The translations under genes were made by a program, and so were the position numbers. The notes under the pieces were generated by a model. That model made no database searches. It was not told the origin of the DNA and worked only from the letters and a program-made list of their open reading frames with translations. From Escherichia coli (GTDB lineage: Bacteria > Pseudomonadota > Gammaproteobacteria > Enterobacterales > Enterobacteriaceae), in assembly GCF_026506335.1 (NCBI RefSeq), contig NZ_CP097716.1: a stretch of DNA of 24,000 bases. One strand, 5' to 3'. Position 1 is the stretch's first letter. Each line of letters opens with the position of its first letter. Below, piece by piece: positions 9,521 to 18,246 of this stretch.

Positions 9521-9597
9521 ACAGCGTATTTTGCACAGGAGTCGCTGAAAAATACGCGTTAATCGAACAATGACGACAACAATTTCCCATTGAAGCG

Positions 9598-10416
9598 ATG
9601 TGTCAGGTATTTGGTGTATCCAGGAGCGGTTATTACAACTGGGTACAGCATGAACCCTCAGACAGAAAACAAAGTGATGAGCGGCTAAAACTGGAGATTA
9701 AGGTGGCACATATCCGCACTCGCGAAACATATGGAACCCGGCGGCTCCAGACGGAGCTGGCAGAGAATGGCATCATCGTTGGTCGTGACCGACTGGCACG
9801 TCTTCGTAAGGAGCTAAGGCTACGCTGTAAGCAGAAACGCAAGTTCAGAGCGACTACGAACTCGAACCACAATCTGCCAGTTGCACCAAATCTGCTGAAC
9901 CAGACGTTCGCTCCTACAGCACCAAATCAGGTCTGGGTGGCGGACCTGACGTATGTTGCCACACAGGAGGGATGGTTGTACCTCGCTGGCATCAAAGATG
10001 TTTATACGTGCGAAATTGTCGGCTACGCCATGGGAGAGCGCATGACAAAAGAGCTGACAGGTAAAGCCCTGTTTATGGCGCTCAGGAGCCAGCGCCCACC
10101 TGCCGGGCTAATCCACCACTCTGATCGAGGTTCACAGTACTGCGCATACGATTACCGGGTCATACAGGAGCAGTTTGGTCTGAAAACATCAATGTCGCGT
10201 AAAGGTAACTGTTACGACAACGCTCCGATGGAAAGCTTCTGGGGAACGCTGAAAAATGAGAGCCTGAGCCACTATCGTTTTAATAACCGGGATGAAGCCA
10301 TCTCAGTAATACGGGAATACATTGAGATTTTCTACAATCGTCAGCGTCGTCACTCTCGTCTGGGGAATATCTCCCCGGCAGCCTTCAGGGAAAAATATCA
10401 TCAGATGGCTGCTTAA
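9598..10416 (+). CDS. IS600 orfB (DDE transposase catalytic part), uncoupled from orfA by IS30
   Basis: 272 aa with an rve/DDE integrase core. The normal OrfAB fusion cannot form because 1.2 kb of IS30 lies between the frameshift site and orfB. Confidence 0.9.
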   Translation: MCQVFGVSRSGYYNWVQHEPSDRKQSDERLKLEIKVAHIRTRETYGTRRLQTELAENGIIVGRDRLARLRKELRLRCKQKRKFRATTNSNHNLPVAPNLLNQTFAPTAPNQVWVADLTYVATQEGWLYLAGIKDVYTCEIVGYAMGERMTKELTGKALFMALRSQRPPAGLIHHSDRGSQYCAYDYRVIQEQFGLKTSMSRKGNCYDNAPMESFWGTLKNESLSHYRFNNRDEAISVIREYIEIFYNRQRRHSRLGNISPAAFREKYHQMAA

Positions 10417-10459
10417 AAAAAGAACAAATGGTAGTGTCCGCTATTGCCAGTACACCTCA

Positions 10460-10885
10460 ACCGCGCCAATATGATGGCACTCATCCACAATGATTTGCCC
10501 ATAATTCCTGACCAGAGGTTCAACTTCTCCGTGTCTGGATATGGACTGCACCACCGCAATATCAATATTGTCACAGGGTTTATGTTTACCTCCCCCGATA
10601 ATACCAATACTGTCACCGGCCTGCAGAAACACCGCGAGACGCTCCTGCCACTGCTTCAGCAATTCAGTCCGGTGTACCAGTATCAGTGTATTCACTTTCC
10701 GCCTGGCAATCACTGCCGCTGCGGTAACTGTCTTACCAAAAGCCGTTGGCGCACAAAGCACACCAGTATCATAGCGGAGTAATGCCGAAACGGCCTCTTC
10801 CTGCTCCGCTCTGAGGTTTCCCGTGAAAACCACATTACATTCCGTACCAACAAATCGTTTATCGATTATTTCTTCAGCAATATTG
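10460..10885 (-). pseudogene. Internal fragment of an SF2 DEAD/DEAH-box (ResIII-type) helicase, truncated at both ends
   Basis: It carries motif I ...LCAPTAFGKTV, motif Ia ...LILVHRTELLKQW and motif II ...IIVDECHHIG. The 3' side is cut at the IS600 right terminus just after motif II. The 5' side is cut at an IS66-type end. The first four codons of the listed ORF (TTG ACG CTT ACC) are IS sequence. Confidence 0.7.
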
Positions 10886-10999
10886 GTAAGCGTCAACGGG
10901 GCACCGTATTGACGCTTATTTATTGGTGAGTACTACGTTCCATGGCAAGAGTTCGTCAACACGGTTGGAGAGCCATTCTGTCAACGACGGATGAAAAGT
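10886..10999 (-). mobile_element. IS66-family right-end remnant (last ~27 codons of the transposase plus terminal repeat)
   Basis: The minus-strand frame gives ...TEWLSNRVDELLPWNVVLTNK*. The ELLPWN tail is characteristic of IS66-family TnpC as I recall. The element ends ...CGCTTAC (GTAAGCG on + at 10886-10892), the IS66-type terminus. An internal 10-bp inverted repeat TAAGCGTCAA/TTGACGCTTA lies close to the end. Confidence 0.45.
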
Positions 11000-11852
11000 G
11001 GCTCTTCCGCAACCTGGGTGGAAGAAAATGGATGAAACTTTCTGGTGAACAAGGATCTAAGCTGTTTTAAGTTATGGGCAACGCAATGCACTCTCTTAAG
11101 ACACTTCTACAGTTACCTTGCGGATGGCGATGCAGTCGACAAATTATTAGCTCTGACGGTATAGCCCTCCATCTCCGCGGAAAACGCAAAACAGCACAAT
11201 GCCCTAAATGCCTTAAATGCAGCGACTCTGTTCATAGTTGTCGTCAGCGCCGGATACAGCATTTACCCTGCTCAGGGCAGACACTATGGCTTGTATTTTC
11301 CGTCCGCTACTGGTACTGCCGAACCCAGCTTGTTCACGAAAAATTTTTGCCGAATCGCTTGCTCCCTTCGCTGATTCACATCATCAGTCTTTACAGGCGT
11401 TACAAAATTTACAGCTTCAACTGGGATTAATAGCCGGAGGTGAGGCTGGAAAACGGGCAGCAACGGCAGTGGGTCTCCGTTTCAGTGCAGATACTCTTCT
11501 TCGCAGGGTTATCAATACCCCGGAGACAAAACCGTCAGGCTCGATCCATGTCGGTATTGATGAGTGGGCGTGGCATCGGGGCTACCGTTACGGTACGTTA
11601 ATAGTCAATCTTGATACTCACCGTCCCCTCGTCCTGCTTCCCGACCGCGATCAGCGTACGCTGGCGACCTGGTTCAGAAAATATCCGGAAATACAGGTTG
11701 TCTCGCGTGATCGCAATGGAGTCTATGCGACAGCAGCACGTGAAGGTGCACCTCAGGCCAGACAGGTGGTCGATCGATGGCACCTGCTAAAAAATATTGG
11801 CGATGCGCTTGAACGAATGAGCTACTCTCGGGTACCACAATTTCACCGATAA
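11000..11852 (+). mobile_element. ISL3-family element remnant (left end plus decayed transposase)
   Basis: GGCTCTTCCGCAACC at 11000 resembles ISL3-family terminal repeats (GGCTCTT...). No right end was found. The element truncates the IS66 remnant on its left. Confidence 0.55.
11074..11852 (+). pseudogene. ISL3-family transposase, frameshifted and C-terminally truncated
   Basis: The N-terminal zinc-finger part (...AQCPKCLKCSDSVHSCRQRRIQHLP...RYWYC) is in one frame. The continuation (NPACSRKIFAESLAPFA...GIDEWAWHRGYRYGTLIVNLDTHRPLVLLPDRD...VVDRWHLLKN) is in another. The junction at about 11319-11321 fits a 1-nt deletion. The ORF stops roughly 150 aa short of a typical ISL3 transposase. Confidence 0.7.
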
Positions 11853-12224
11853 TACTGCAACCTCGAAAGGAAGTAATCTGGCGCGGGGACAAACTTATCA
11901 AGGTTCACAGTTTTAGCAGTTTTCTAAGCGTCCAGCATACTCTTAGCTTTCCCCAGCCATAAGCATTCATCATTTCGGCGGGAGACCCTTATCGTTGTAA
12001 CCTCTTTATCCCGGGCCGTCACTTTCGAAGAGGGAACAAGATGTATGTACTTTCCCCTCATACACTATGGCATTATTTATTGTGATACGTTACTGAGCCA
12101 TCCGCAAAAGCACTTACCTAAACGCAAACTAACCGCAGGTCAGTCTTTTGCTGACCTTGCGTGGAAACAGTACCACGTCACAGACACTGCGCAGCATCGG
12201 CTGCATTTACGGAGATTTGTGAAT

Positions 12225-14465
12225 ATGAATCAACCACACGCAGACAACCTTCAGGGCCAACATCCAGATCGCGCAATCTGTTCCGCCGATGAAGACCAGT
12301 ATGGTTTCATCCACATAGCTACCCAGTTAGCTGTTGCCGTTAAGGGTATTGGCCGCGAGGGTAGCGCAGTGATCGGTATCGAAGGCCCATGGGGATCAGG
12401 GAAAACGAGTCTCCTTAACCTGCTGCGCAATGCTCTCGTCGAACAAATAGAAGAACGCACTTTTGTATTGACAATATCCCCCTGGCTCGACGGGAGCAAC
12501 ACAAGTCTGGTGGCATCGTTACTGCTTCCTGTCGCCAACATCATTGCTGCTGAAGAGGAACAGCGACTAGCGCCTGAGGAAAGGACAGCTCTCAGACGAC
12601 GAAAATCCCTGACACGGACGGCCAAGACGATGATAGACTACACCCGGGCAACTGCCCGCAATCTCGCACCCGTCGCCTCAGCCGCCGCCGTTATTCCCGG
12701 CGTACCTGATGCCAGTGGCGCGTTGAAAGCCCTGTCAGAAACTCGTTGGCTGAAGGAAAAGGAGAAAACCACAGCAGAGATGCGGACCGAAATTGCGAAG
12801 AAAATAGATGAACTGGATCTTAGCTTTATTGTACTGCTCGATGATCTGGATCGTCTCGAGCCAGCACAGGCAGTTGAGGTGATAAGGCTAGTTAAATCTG
12901 TAGGTGACTTTCCTCGCTTTCGCTACCTTCTCTGTTATGACAAAGCCATCCTATCCCAGGCCATCAGCCTAGGGCTGGGGGTACCCGACGGCAACCTATA
13001 CCTGCAGAAAATTGTTCAGATATCATTCTGTTTACCGCGCCCAGAAACCTTTGTCTTGCGCAGAAAATTTAGGGATGCCGCTGCCGCGTTATACAGAAAA
13101 GTAAACGGGCATGCTCCAGACCGTATTGTACTAGAGCAATTGACACAAGTGGCTGACGTCTACGGGGCAGCATTAAAAACCCCCAGGGAGGTTCAGATGG
13201 TACTGAATGCCCTGACCTTCCTATACCCGGGCATGCGGGATTACGTGTATTTCCCGGATCTGTGCTTCCTTCAACTGCTGCGCACAACAAATGCGGGTCT
13301 TTATGACTGGGTAGAAGAATATCTGTCAGAACGAGCGGTCGTAGCCGCCGGTGACGGGCATGTTAGTGAGTTAGAGCAGGCAGAGATGGCGGAGAGCCTA
13401 AAGTCGCACCTTGCCCGTTATTTCCCTGCCGAAGCCCATGCGGTGCATGCCCTTGCTCGCTGGGTCCCGGGTATCACCGGCTGGAAAAATGACTCGCCCA
13501 TCAAACTCTTTGTACCGACTCCCGAACAGGATAGTGCCCTGCTGACTGCTGGCAAACGTCTGGGCAGCCAAGCATACTGGCGCTATTATTTCGCTTTTTC
13601 CGCCCCACAGAATGTACTTTCATCTGAAATGCTCAATGAGATATTCGACATCGCCGGATATCCTGAACAACAACATAAGCTTGCAGAACGTCTACTCGGG
13701 TATATCCAGAGTAAGGGTTTGTCCTCCCGAACCTGGTTTGAACACATTCTGACCCAGCTCACCACACAACAGATTGCAGCAAGGACACCAGAGCAATGCC
13801 GTGGACTGGCGCAGTTCTTCTTTGATTCCGGAGATAAAATGTTGCAACGCTACCAAGACGAGAATGACTGGTTTTCTATACATGACCTAGACACCTGGAG
13901 CGTGACGGACCGCCTCATCAATAAGATACAAAAGGAAAGCGATCAAGAATCTTTCGACTTCCTGTCCACGCAGTTTAAAAACGGTCAGGCCTGGTACTGG
14001 ATAGCAGAATATATGCGTCATCTGCTGTGGCAGCACGGAAGAGTTGGAGACAGAGCAGTACATGAGCAGCAAAAGTGGATACCATCTTTTCAACTCGACT
14101 CCTTATGTGAAACTCTGGCACATCGTCTGAATGGGAAAGTGATCACCGACCAACTAGCCAGTTTCCCTCAGTTAAACGGTTATATCTGGGCATGGCGTGA
14201 TATCAGTGGCGTTGAAGCAGTTAGGACCTGGGTTCAGGAACAAATCCGGGATGATGAAGCCTTTTTGAAACTACTGTTACAATTGTGTTATCACGGAATC
14301 AGCTCTGCAGAAGGACGTTTCACCGCCCTGAAACTGAGTGACCTAGCTGACTTTTTCGGGGAACCAGACCAGATCAGAGAACGCATTGAAAACATCAGGA
14401 AAGCAGGCCCACTGGCTGAAATGGCTAAGCAGGTTGAGACGTCGATTAAACGAAATAGGTTTTAG
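12225..14465 (+). CDS. KAP-family P-loop NTPase (746 aa from ATG 12225)
   Basis: Walker A is ...VIGIEGPWGSGKTSLLNLL and the KAP-type Walker B is ...FIVLLDDLDRLEP...VIRLVKSV..FPRFRYLLCYD. About 145 aa are inserted between them, including hydrophobic stretches SLVASLLLPVANIIAA and NLAPVASAAAVIPGVP. The ATG at 12225 is preceded by GGAG (12211-12214). The upstream ATG at 12045 has no SD and adds a non-conserved-looking 60 aa. Confidence 0.85.
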   Translation: MNQPHADNLQGQHPDRAICSADEDQYGFIHIATQLAVAVKGIGREGSAVIGIEGPWGSGKTSLLNLLRNALVEQIEERTFVLTISPWLDGSNTSLVASLLLPVANIIAAEEEQRLAPEERTALRRRKSLTRTAKTMIDYTRATARNLAPVASAAAVIPGVPDASGALKALSETRWLKEKEKTTAEMRTEIAKKIDELDLSFIVLLDDLDRLEPAQAVEVIRLVKSVGDFPRFRYLLCYDKAILSQAISLGLGVPDGNLYLQKIVQISFCLPRPETFVLRRKFRDAAAALYRKVNGHAPDRIVLEQLTQVADVYGAALKTPREVQMVLNALTFLYPGMRDYVYFPDLCFLQLLRTTNAGLYDWVEEYLSERAVVAAGDGHVSELEQAEMAESLKSHLARYFPAEAHAVHALARWVPGITGWKNDSPIKLFVPTPEQDSALLTAGKRLGSQAYWRYYFAFSAPQNVLSSEMLNEIFDIAGYPEQQHKLAERLLGYIQSKGLSSRTWFEHILTQLTTQQIAARTPEQCRGLAQFFFDSGDKMLQRYQDENDWFSIHDLDTWSVTDRLINKIQKESDQESFDFLSTQFKNGQAWYWIAEYMRHLLWQHGRVGDRAVHEQQKWIPSFQLDSLCETLAHRLNGKVITDQLASFPQLNGYIWAWRDISGVEAVRTWVQEQIRDDEAFLKLLLQLCYHGISSAEGRFTALKLSDLADFFGEPDQIRERIENIRKAGPLAEMAKQVETSIKRNRF

Positions 14466-14766
14466 ATTATGCCCCTCTTGGTAGTGAGCATCAATGAGTA
14501 AGGTCGCAACCAGCTTATTGGTGCCGTTGTTTACCACTGTCTAGTGGGAGTTACGTAATGTTCCGGTGACCTCTGTCAGCGCCAATGATATAAGACAGTC
14601 AAACATCATGGCGTTGACATCGTTACCTGTATCCGATCCACTGAGGCACCACGACAGAAATTCGCGCCCCTACACTGATGACAAAGCCCCCGAACCTTGC
14701 AGCATATTAACTCCAGCACCTCCCAACAACTTACGCGCGGAAACTTAATCCTAATACAACTGTAAT

Positions 14767-15330
14767 TCAGTTGTGTCGTGGTCGGCCGCGGTTACTTTTT
14801 TCAGGAAGCCTGCTACGGCCCAGAATAATACCGTGTTCTTTCTGATCCTGTTTAGCCAGGTAGCTAAGGGCGTAACGTAAGTCGTCTACCGCAGATTTAT
14901 CACTATAGTGAATCACGTGATCGATACGCACCGGGTATTTGTCTTTAGCCCGGCAAAGGTGAAAGTAACCCTCCCCTTCCGTGATCCGCCTCCAGATATC
15001 TCCCAGTTGCCTGGATATCTGATAAGAGTTCTTGTGACGTTGCCCATCCAGATAGCCGATAAAATGAATATGAAGCCCTTTGTCTGATGTATATTCCATA
15101 ACCCAGTAATATCCTGCCAACATCGTTTGGGTTTCACTAAGTAAACGGTATATTTCAATACACATACTGTGCTTACAGGAATGCCCGAAACTGGGCGTGT
15201 CTTTCCTGTAGGCAAAATCAATTCTGAAAGGTAACAGTTTAGAAAAACGTTGAAACAGACCTTCCATGTGTTCATTCACATCTTTCAGAATCGCGAAATT
15301 CATTTCGTAATTGGGATTGGCATTATACAT
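14767..15330 (-). CDS. YagK/YfjJ-family (inovirus Gp2-like) island protein, 187 aa
   Basis: The sequence pattern ...FRIDFAYRKD...YYWVMEYTSDKGLHIHFIGYLDG...LSYLAKQDQK matches the family. So does the context: it lies downstream of a DUF3987 gene, as yfjI-yfjJ do in CP4-57. The SD AAGGA lies 7 nt before the ATG. Confidence 0.75.
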   Translation of the reverse strand: MYNANPNYEMNFAILKDVNEHMEGLFQRFSKLLPFRIDFAYRKDTPSFGHSCKHSMCIEIYRLLSETQTMLAGYYWVMEYTSDKGLHIHFIGYLDGQRHKNSYQISRQLGDIWRRITEGEGYFHLCRAKDKYPVRIDHVIHYSDKSAVDDLRYALSYLAKQDQKEHGIILGRSRLPEKSNRGRPRHN

Positions 15331-16304
15331 TTTATAGTCCTTACTTTATAAAATTCACAGGAAGAGGGGAATTACGTAAATACTGAGAGTACATAAACGC
15401 CGTACCACGGCATTAATAAACGAGGTAACCAGCAGTACAGACAACCTGATAAAACTGTTTGGTATTACCTCATTACAATGAGGTAATACTTCAGAATACA
15501 GTGAGGCTCTCTTAAACAGAGGACCAGTAAGAATTACAATGGTAAAAACACACCTCATAGAATTAAGTTTAAGGAAGTACCATTCAATCACTTACAGGAA
15601 GTAATCTGATCTTCACAAAAGTCAGCTATCGAATAGCCACAGGCAACATCGCTATTAATATTGCCGTACCATTAAGTAAAAACAGAGACTCTGCAGAGAG
15701 AGCCTACAGATATTTAACCTCACAATAAGAAGATTATTTCATACAGAAAATATTATATTTACCCATACTTATAAACTGTAACGGAGCTATAACGTACGAA
15801 CTAAAGACAATATACTCTAATAGTGTTCTGGTACGTAACTAGTGTTAAATACAAACCAGACATACATTCAGTGGATTAACTATCTCAATATTACGCTATG
15901 AGCGTAGTAACATAATTTACACATAACTAAACCCCATACACCACCACACTGTAGTATATGGGGATAGACGCATTACGCACATACAGAATACTCAGCATAA
16001 CATAAAGAGGAGTGACATTACGATAAAAAGAGACAACATAACAGATAACATAACTCCCATTAATAATACTAATTAACCTAAATTATTTATTGAATACGAA
16101 AACAATGAAGGCCCCACCTCACCTCAGACTAAAGCCGACAATATCCTGAGCAACAGGATATCCAATAGTAAATAGTGGTTACACCAGTTATATTTACTGA
16201 CTGACCTGTACCAGAGTTTTCTAATACAACGCTGACATGGTAAAGGCATTAGTCTCCTCCGCAAGTAGCAGAGGAGACTATATGTTAGTCAACGATTAAG
16301 TCGT
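15331..16304. other. ~970 bp AT-rich, strand-asymmetric non-coding tract with multiple hairpins and ATAAC repeats
   Basis: There is no credible ORF. The + strand is A/C-rich and G-poor. Perfect hairpins: GTATTACCTCAT-taca-ATGAGGTAATAC (15472-15499), ATATCCTG-agcaa-CAGGATAT (16141-16161), AGTCTCCTC-n11-GAGGAGACT (16251-16279) and CCCCATA-n18-TATGGGG (15932-15963). ATAAC pentamers cluster at 15996-16055. Confidence 0.5.
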
Positions 16305-17738
16305 TCAGAGATCAAAGTTAGGTGCGACACACAACGTTTTTCCCTCAATAACCGGTACAACTCTGTTTTGTTCATACAGTAAATCCAGTAACCAGTTGAT
16401 TTTATCCTTTTTCCGGAAACGGTTCGGACCACGCTGTAAAATGTCATTTTTTTTCATACAGAGGATCCCCTTCTCAATGCAATAGCTTTTTATCCAGTTG
16501 AAAAGTTCAAGCTCCTCTGGAATGAGTCGCACAGGTACGGTCAGGGCAGGGTTGTCAAAAGTTAACGGATTAGACAACCGCACATACTCATTACCGTACC
16601 ATATTGCTAATTCTCTCGCCATTTCTGCAATGTAAGGGGAAATCTCCCCCTCCTCACCGCTCGAATGGTAAATAAGTCCTGCCAGTCTTGCCATATACTC
16701 TGCATTTTTAGCAGCATATTCCCGGCAATGTCTTAAAGGCCCCAATCCCCCCAGCTTCGATTCCACATCATTGTAATAATCCGTCCAGATTCTGGCAGCC
16801 TGAGGAGAAAAGTGAAGGCAACGTCGTTCACCACTCATCGCCAGACTTTCATCAATAAGCTCATTGATCCTCTGTTCAAACAAATCCTGATACTGTGATG
16901 AATAATTATCTCCGGTTATTATCCTTGTCCCCTGCGTTGATGTTGGTTGACACATCAAAAACCTTGCATGATGTCCTGACGTTTTCACAAGTTCTTTTTT
17001 TCGCGTACAAAAACCTTTGTGGTAAACATCAGGCTGAATCATCGCCGACATCGTCAGTCTTGGCTCCTTCAAATTAATTCCGGGAGATGATTTCCTGTCG
17101 ATGAAAAGAGAACCTCCATCCCACAAAGTGTTAATAATTCCCAGTTTACTCATGGCCCGGCTGTCAAAAATTACCCCCCCTTCACTGGATACAAGAGCAA
17201 AAGAACGATTGCTATCGGAGTAATATTTTAACATTCCCTCTATCGTTGTCTCATTAAAAATTGTTCGACGTATCTGCGGCGGAACAGGAGACTTATTCAG
17301 ATGCGTTTCAAGCTCTGATTCTGTTGCCTTGTAATCTTTACCGGCACGAATCTCTTTATGAAATTTTGATTCCAGCGCTTTTTGTTTTTGCTCCCATATT
17401 TCCTTTTCTGTGCTGTAATTCTCAACCAGTTTCGCGTATTCTTCCGCCAGGGCTTCATCCCTGAGATAAAATGCTTTCATAAACACTTTATCCACGGTCG
17501 TTTTCCTTTCACCAGAATCAGCCAGAATCAGAGAGTAAAGATTAACAGGCCCACGTAAATTTCCAGGTCTGCACACGTCAATCTGATTCTGACAGGCAAT
17601 TGAGATCGCTGTTAATGCGGATGTCGCCACCATAGCCAAAGGTGCCTGTGTATTTTTTTGAGTTTCAATTATTGCATTTCTCACCAGCGGTGGTAGTGCA
17701 TATATCGGATAAGGATTTTCTGGTGCAAGTAAGCACAT
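16305..17738 (-). CDS. DUF3987 / YfjI-family protein (putative island replication helicase/primase-associated protein)
   Basis: 477 aa from ATG 17738, which has SD GAGAGG 5 nt upstream. An alternative ATG at 17756 adds 6 aa. The N-terminus ...PYPIYALPPLVRNAIIETQ...ISIACQNQIDV...LILADSGERKTT (degenerate Walker-A-like) is typical of YfjI-like proteins. The position between alpA-like and yfjJ-like genes matches CP4-57. Confidence 0.8.
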   Translation of the reverse strand: MCLLAPENPYPIYALPPLVRNAIIETQKNTQAPLAMVATSALTAISIACQNQIDVCRPGNLRGPVNLYSLILADSGERKTTVDKVFMKAFYLRDEALAEEYAKLVENYSTEKEIWEQKQKALESKFHKEIRAGKDYKATESELETHLNKSPVPPQIRRTIFNETTIEGMLKYYSDSNRSFALVSSEGGVIFDSRAMSKLGIINTLWDGGSLFIDRKSSPGINLKEPRLTMSAMIQPDVYHKGFCTRKKELVKTSGHHARFLMCQPTSTQGTRIITGDNYSSQYQDLFEQRINELIDESLAMSGERRCLHFSPQAARIWTDYYNDVESKLGGLGPLRHCREYAAKNAEYMARLAGLIYHSSGEEGEISPYIAEMARELAIWYGNEYVRLSNPLTFDNPALTVPVRLIPEELELFNWIKSYCIEKGILCMKKNDILQRGPNRFRKKDKINWLLDLLYEQNRVVPVIEGKTLCVAPNFDL

Positions 17739-17924
17739 AAAAGCCTCTCTTTTCATTAATGGGTTAGTAAAGTAGCAGCAACTCCCGCTATAATAGCGAA
17801 ATAGCTGCTGTTCAGACCTAATGTTCTGAGAAATACAGAATATCTGTAGATCTGATGTTTAATAAAACGATAAGGTTAATTCAGTTCATACTGTGTTATT
17901 TACCACGAAATATCATTCATGTTT

Positions 17925-18214
17925 CTCATTCTTAACACCTCCTAAAATTATTTCACTAACACCTTCCCCCCGGTCTTTTTCCTTTCTCAGGAATCAGCCA
18001 GAACCATAGTGTAAATATTAACGGGCCCACGTAAATTTCCGGGGTTGCACACGTCAATCTGATTCTGACAGGCAATTGACATCGCTGTTAATAATGATGT
18101 TGTAGTCATAGCCAGAGATGCTTTTTCATTGTGTTGAGTTTCAATTATTGCATTTCCAGTCATTGATGGTTGCGCATATACTGGATACGGAGTATCCGGT
18201 TTGATGTAAGACAT
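17925..18214 (-). pseudogene. 5' fragment of a second, diverged DUF3987 gene (premature stop, then loss of homology)
   Basis: MSYIKPDTPYPVYAQPSMTGNAIIETQHNEKASLAMTTTSLLTAMSIACQNQIDVCNPGNLRGPVNIYTMVLADS* aligns with residues about 7-81 of the intact copy. The GGT (Gly of SGERKT) is replaced by TGA. Nucleotide similarity continues about 60 nt past the stop and is then lost near 17925. Confidence 0.8.
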
Positions 18215-18246
18215 AAATATTTCCTTTTTTCGTAATAACTTTCGGT

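Larger units (their letters stand above)
7983..10459 (+). mobile_element. IS600 (IS3 family) interrupted by IS30
   Basis: The termini are TGAGGTAGCCTGAGTTTAACGGACACT (7983-) and ...AGTGTCCGCTATTGCCAGTACACCTCA (-10459), imperfect inverted repeats of the TG...CA type. OrfA (MSRKTQHYSKEFKAEAVRTVLENQLSISEGASRL...) and OrfB (DDE: ...VWVADLTYV...HHSDRGSQY...NAPMESFW...) match IS600 as I recall it. The element is about 1.25 kb once IS30 is removed. The 3-bp flanks differ (AAC vs ACC), so there is no target duplication. Confidence 0.85.

Noticed and set aside
7980-10462. IS600 as a simple insertion into the helicase gene
   Set aside because: The 3-bp flanks differ (AAC vs ACC). The minus-strand frames on the two sides do not give a continuous helicase (motif II would be followed by ...YAGLADRNR, with no motif III-VI). 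A deletion or rearrangement is more likely.
12045-12224. A 60-codon N-terminal extension of the KAP NTPase ORF (ATG at 12045)
   Set aside because: It has no SD. The extension (MYFPLIHYGIIYCDTLLSHPQK...) does not look like a KAP N-terminus. The ATG at 12225 has GGAG at an appropriate distance. It is kept only as an alternative start.
14566-14748. A 60-aa + strand ORF between the KAP gene and the YagK-like gene
   Set aside because: It has a GTG start without an SD and a Pro/Ser/Asp-rich, unstructured-looking product. It lies in a convergent-terminator gap. Nothing supports it.
15355-15591. A 78-aa hydrophobic minus-strand ORF just upstream of the YagK-like gene (possible small membrane protein)
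   Set aside because: It has a GTG start directly after a stop and no SD. Its hydrophobicity is what a T/G-rich strand yields by chance. It could not be distinguished from noise, though conservation should be checked.
15331-16304. CRISPR array, ToxI-like tandem repeats or a retron msr/msd in the AT-rich tract
   Set aside because: I found no regularly spaced direct repeats of 20 nt or more, no repeat-spacer periodicity, and no adjacent reverse transcriptase or Cas gene. Only scattered hairpins and short ATAAC motifs are present.
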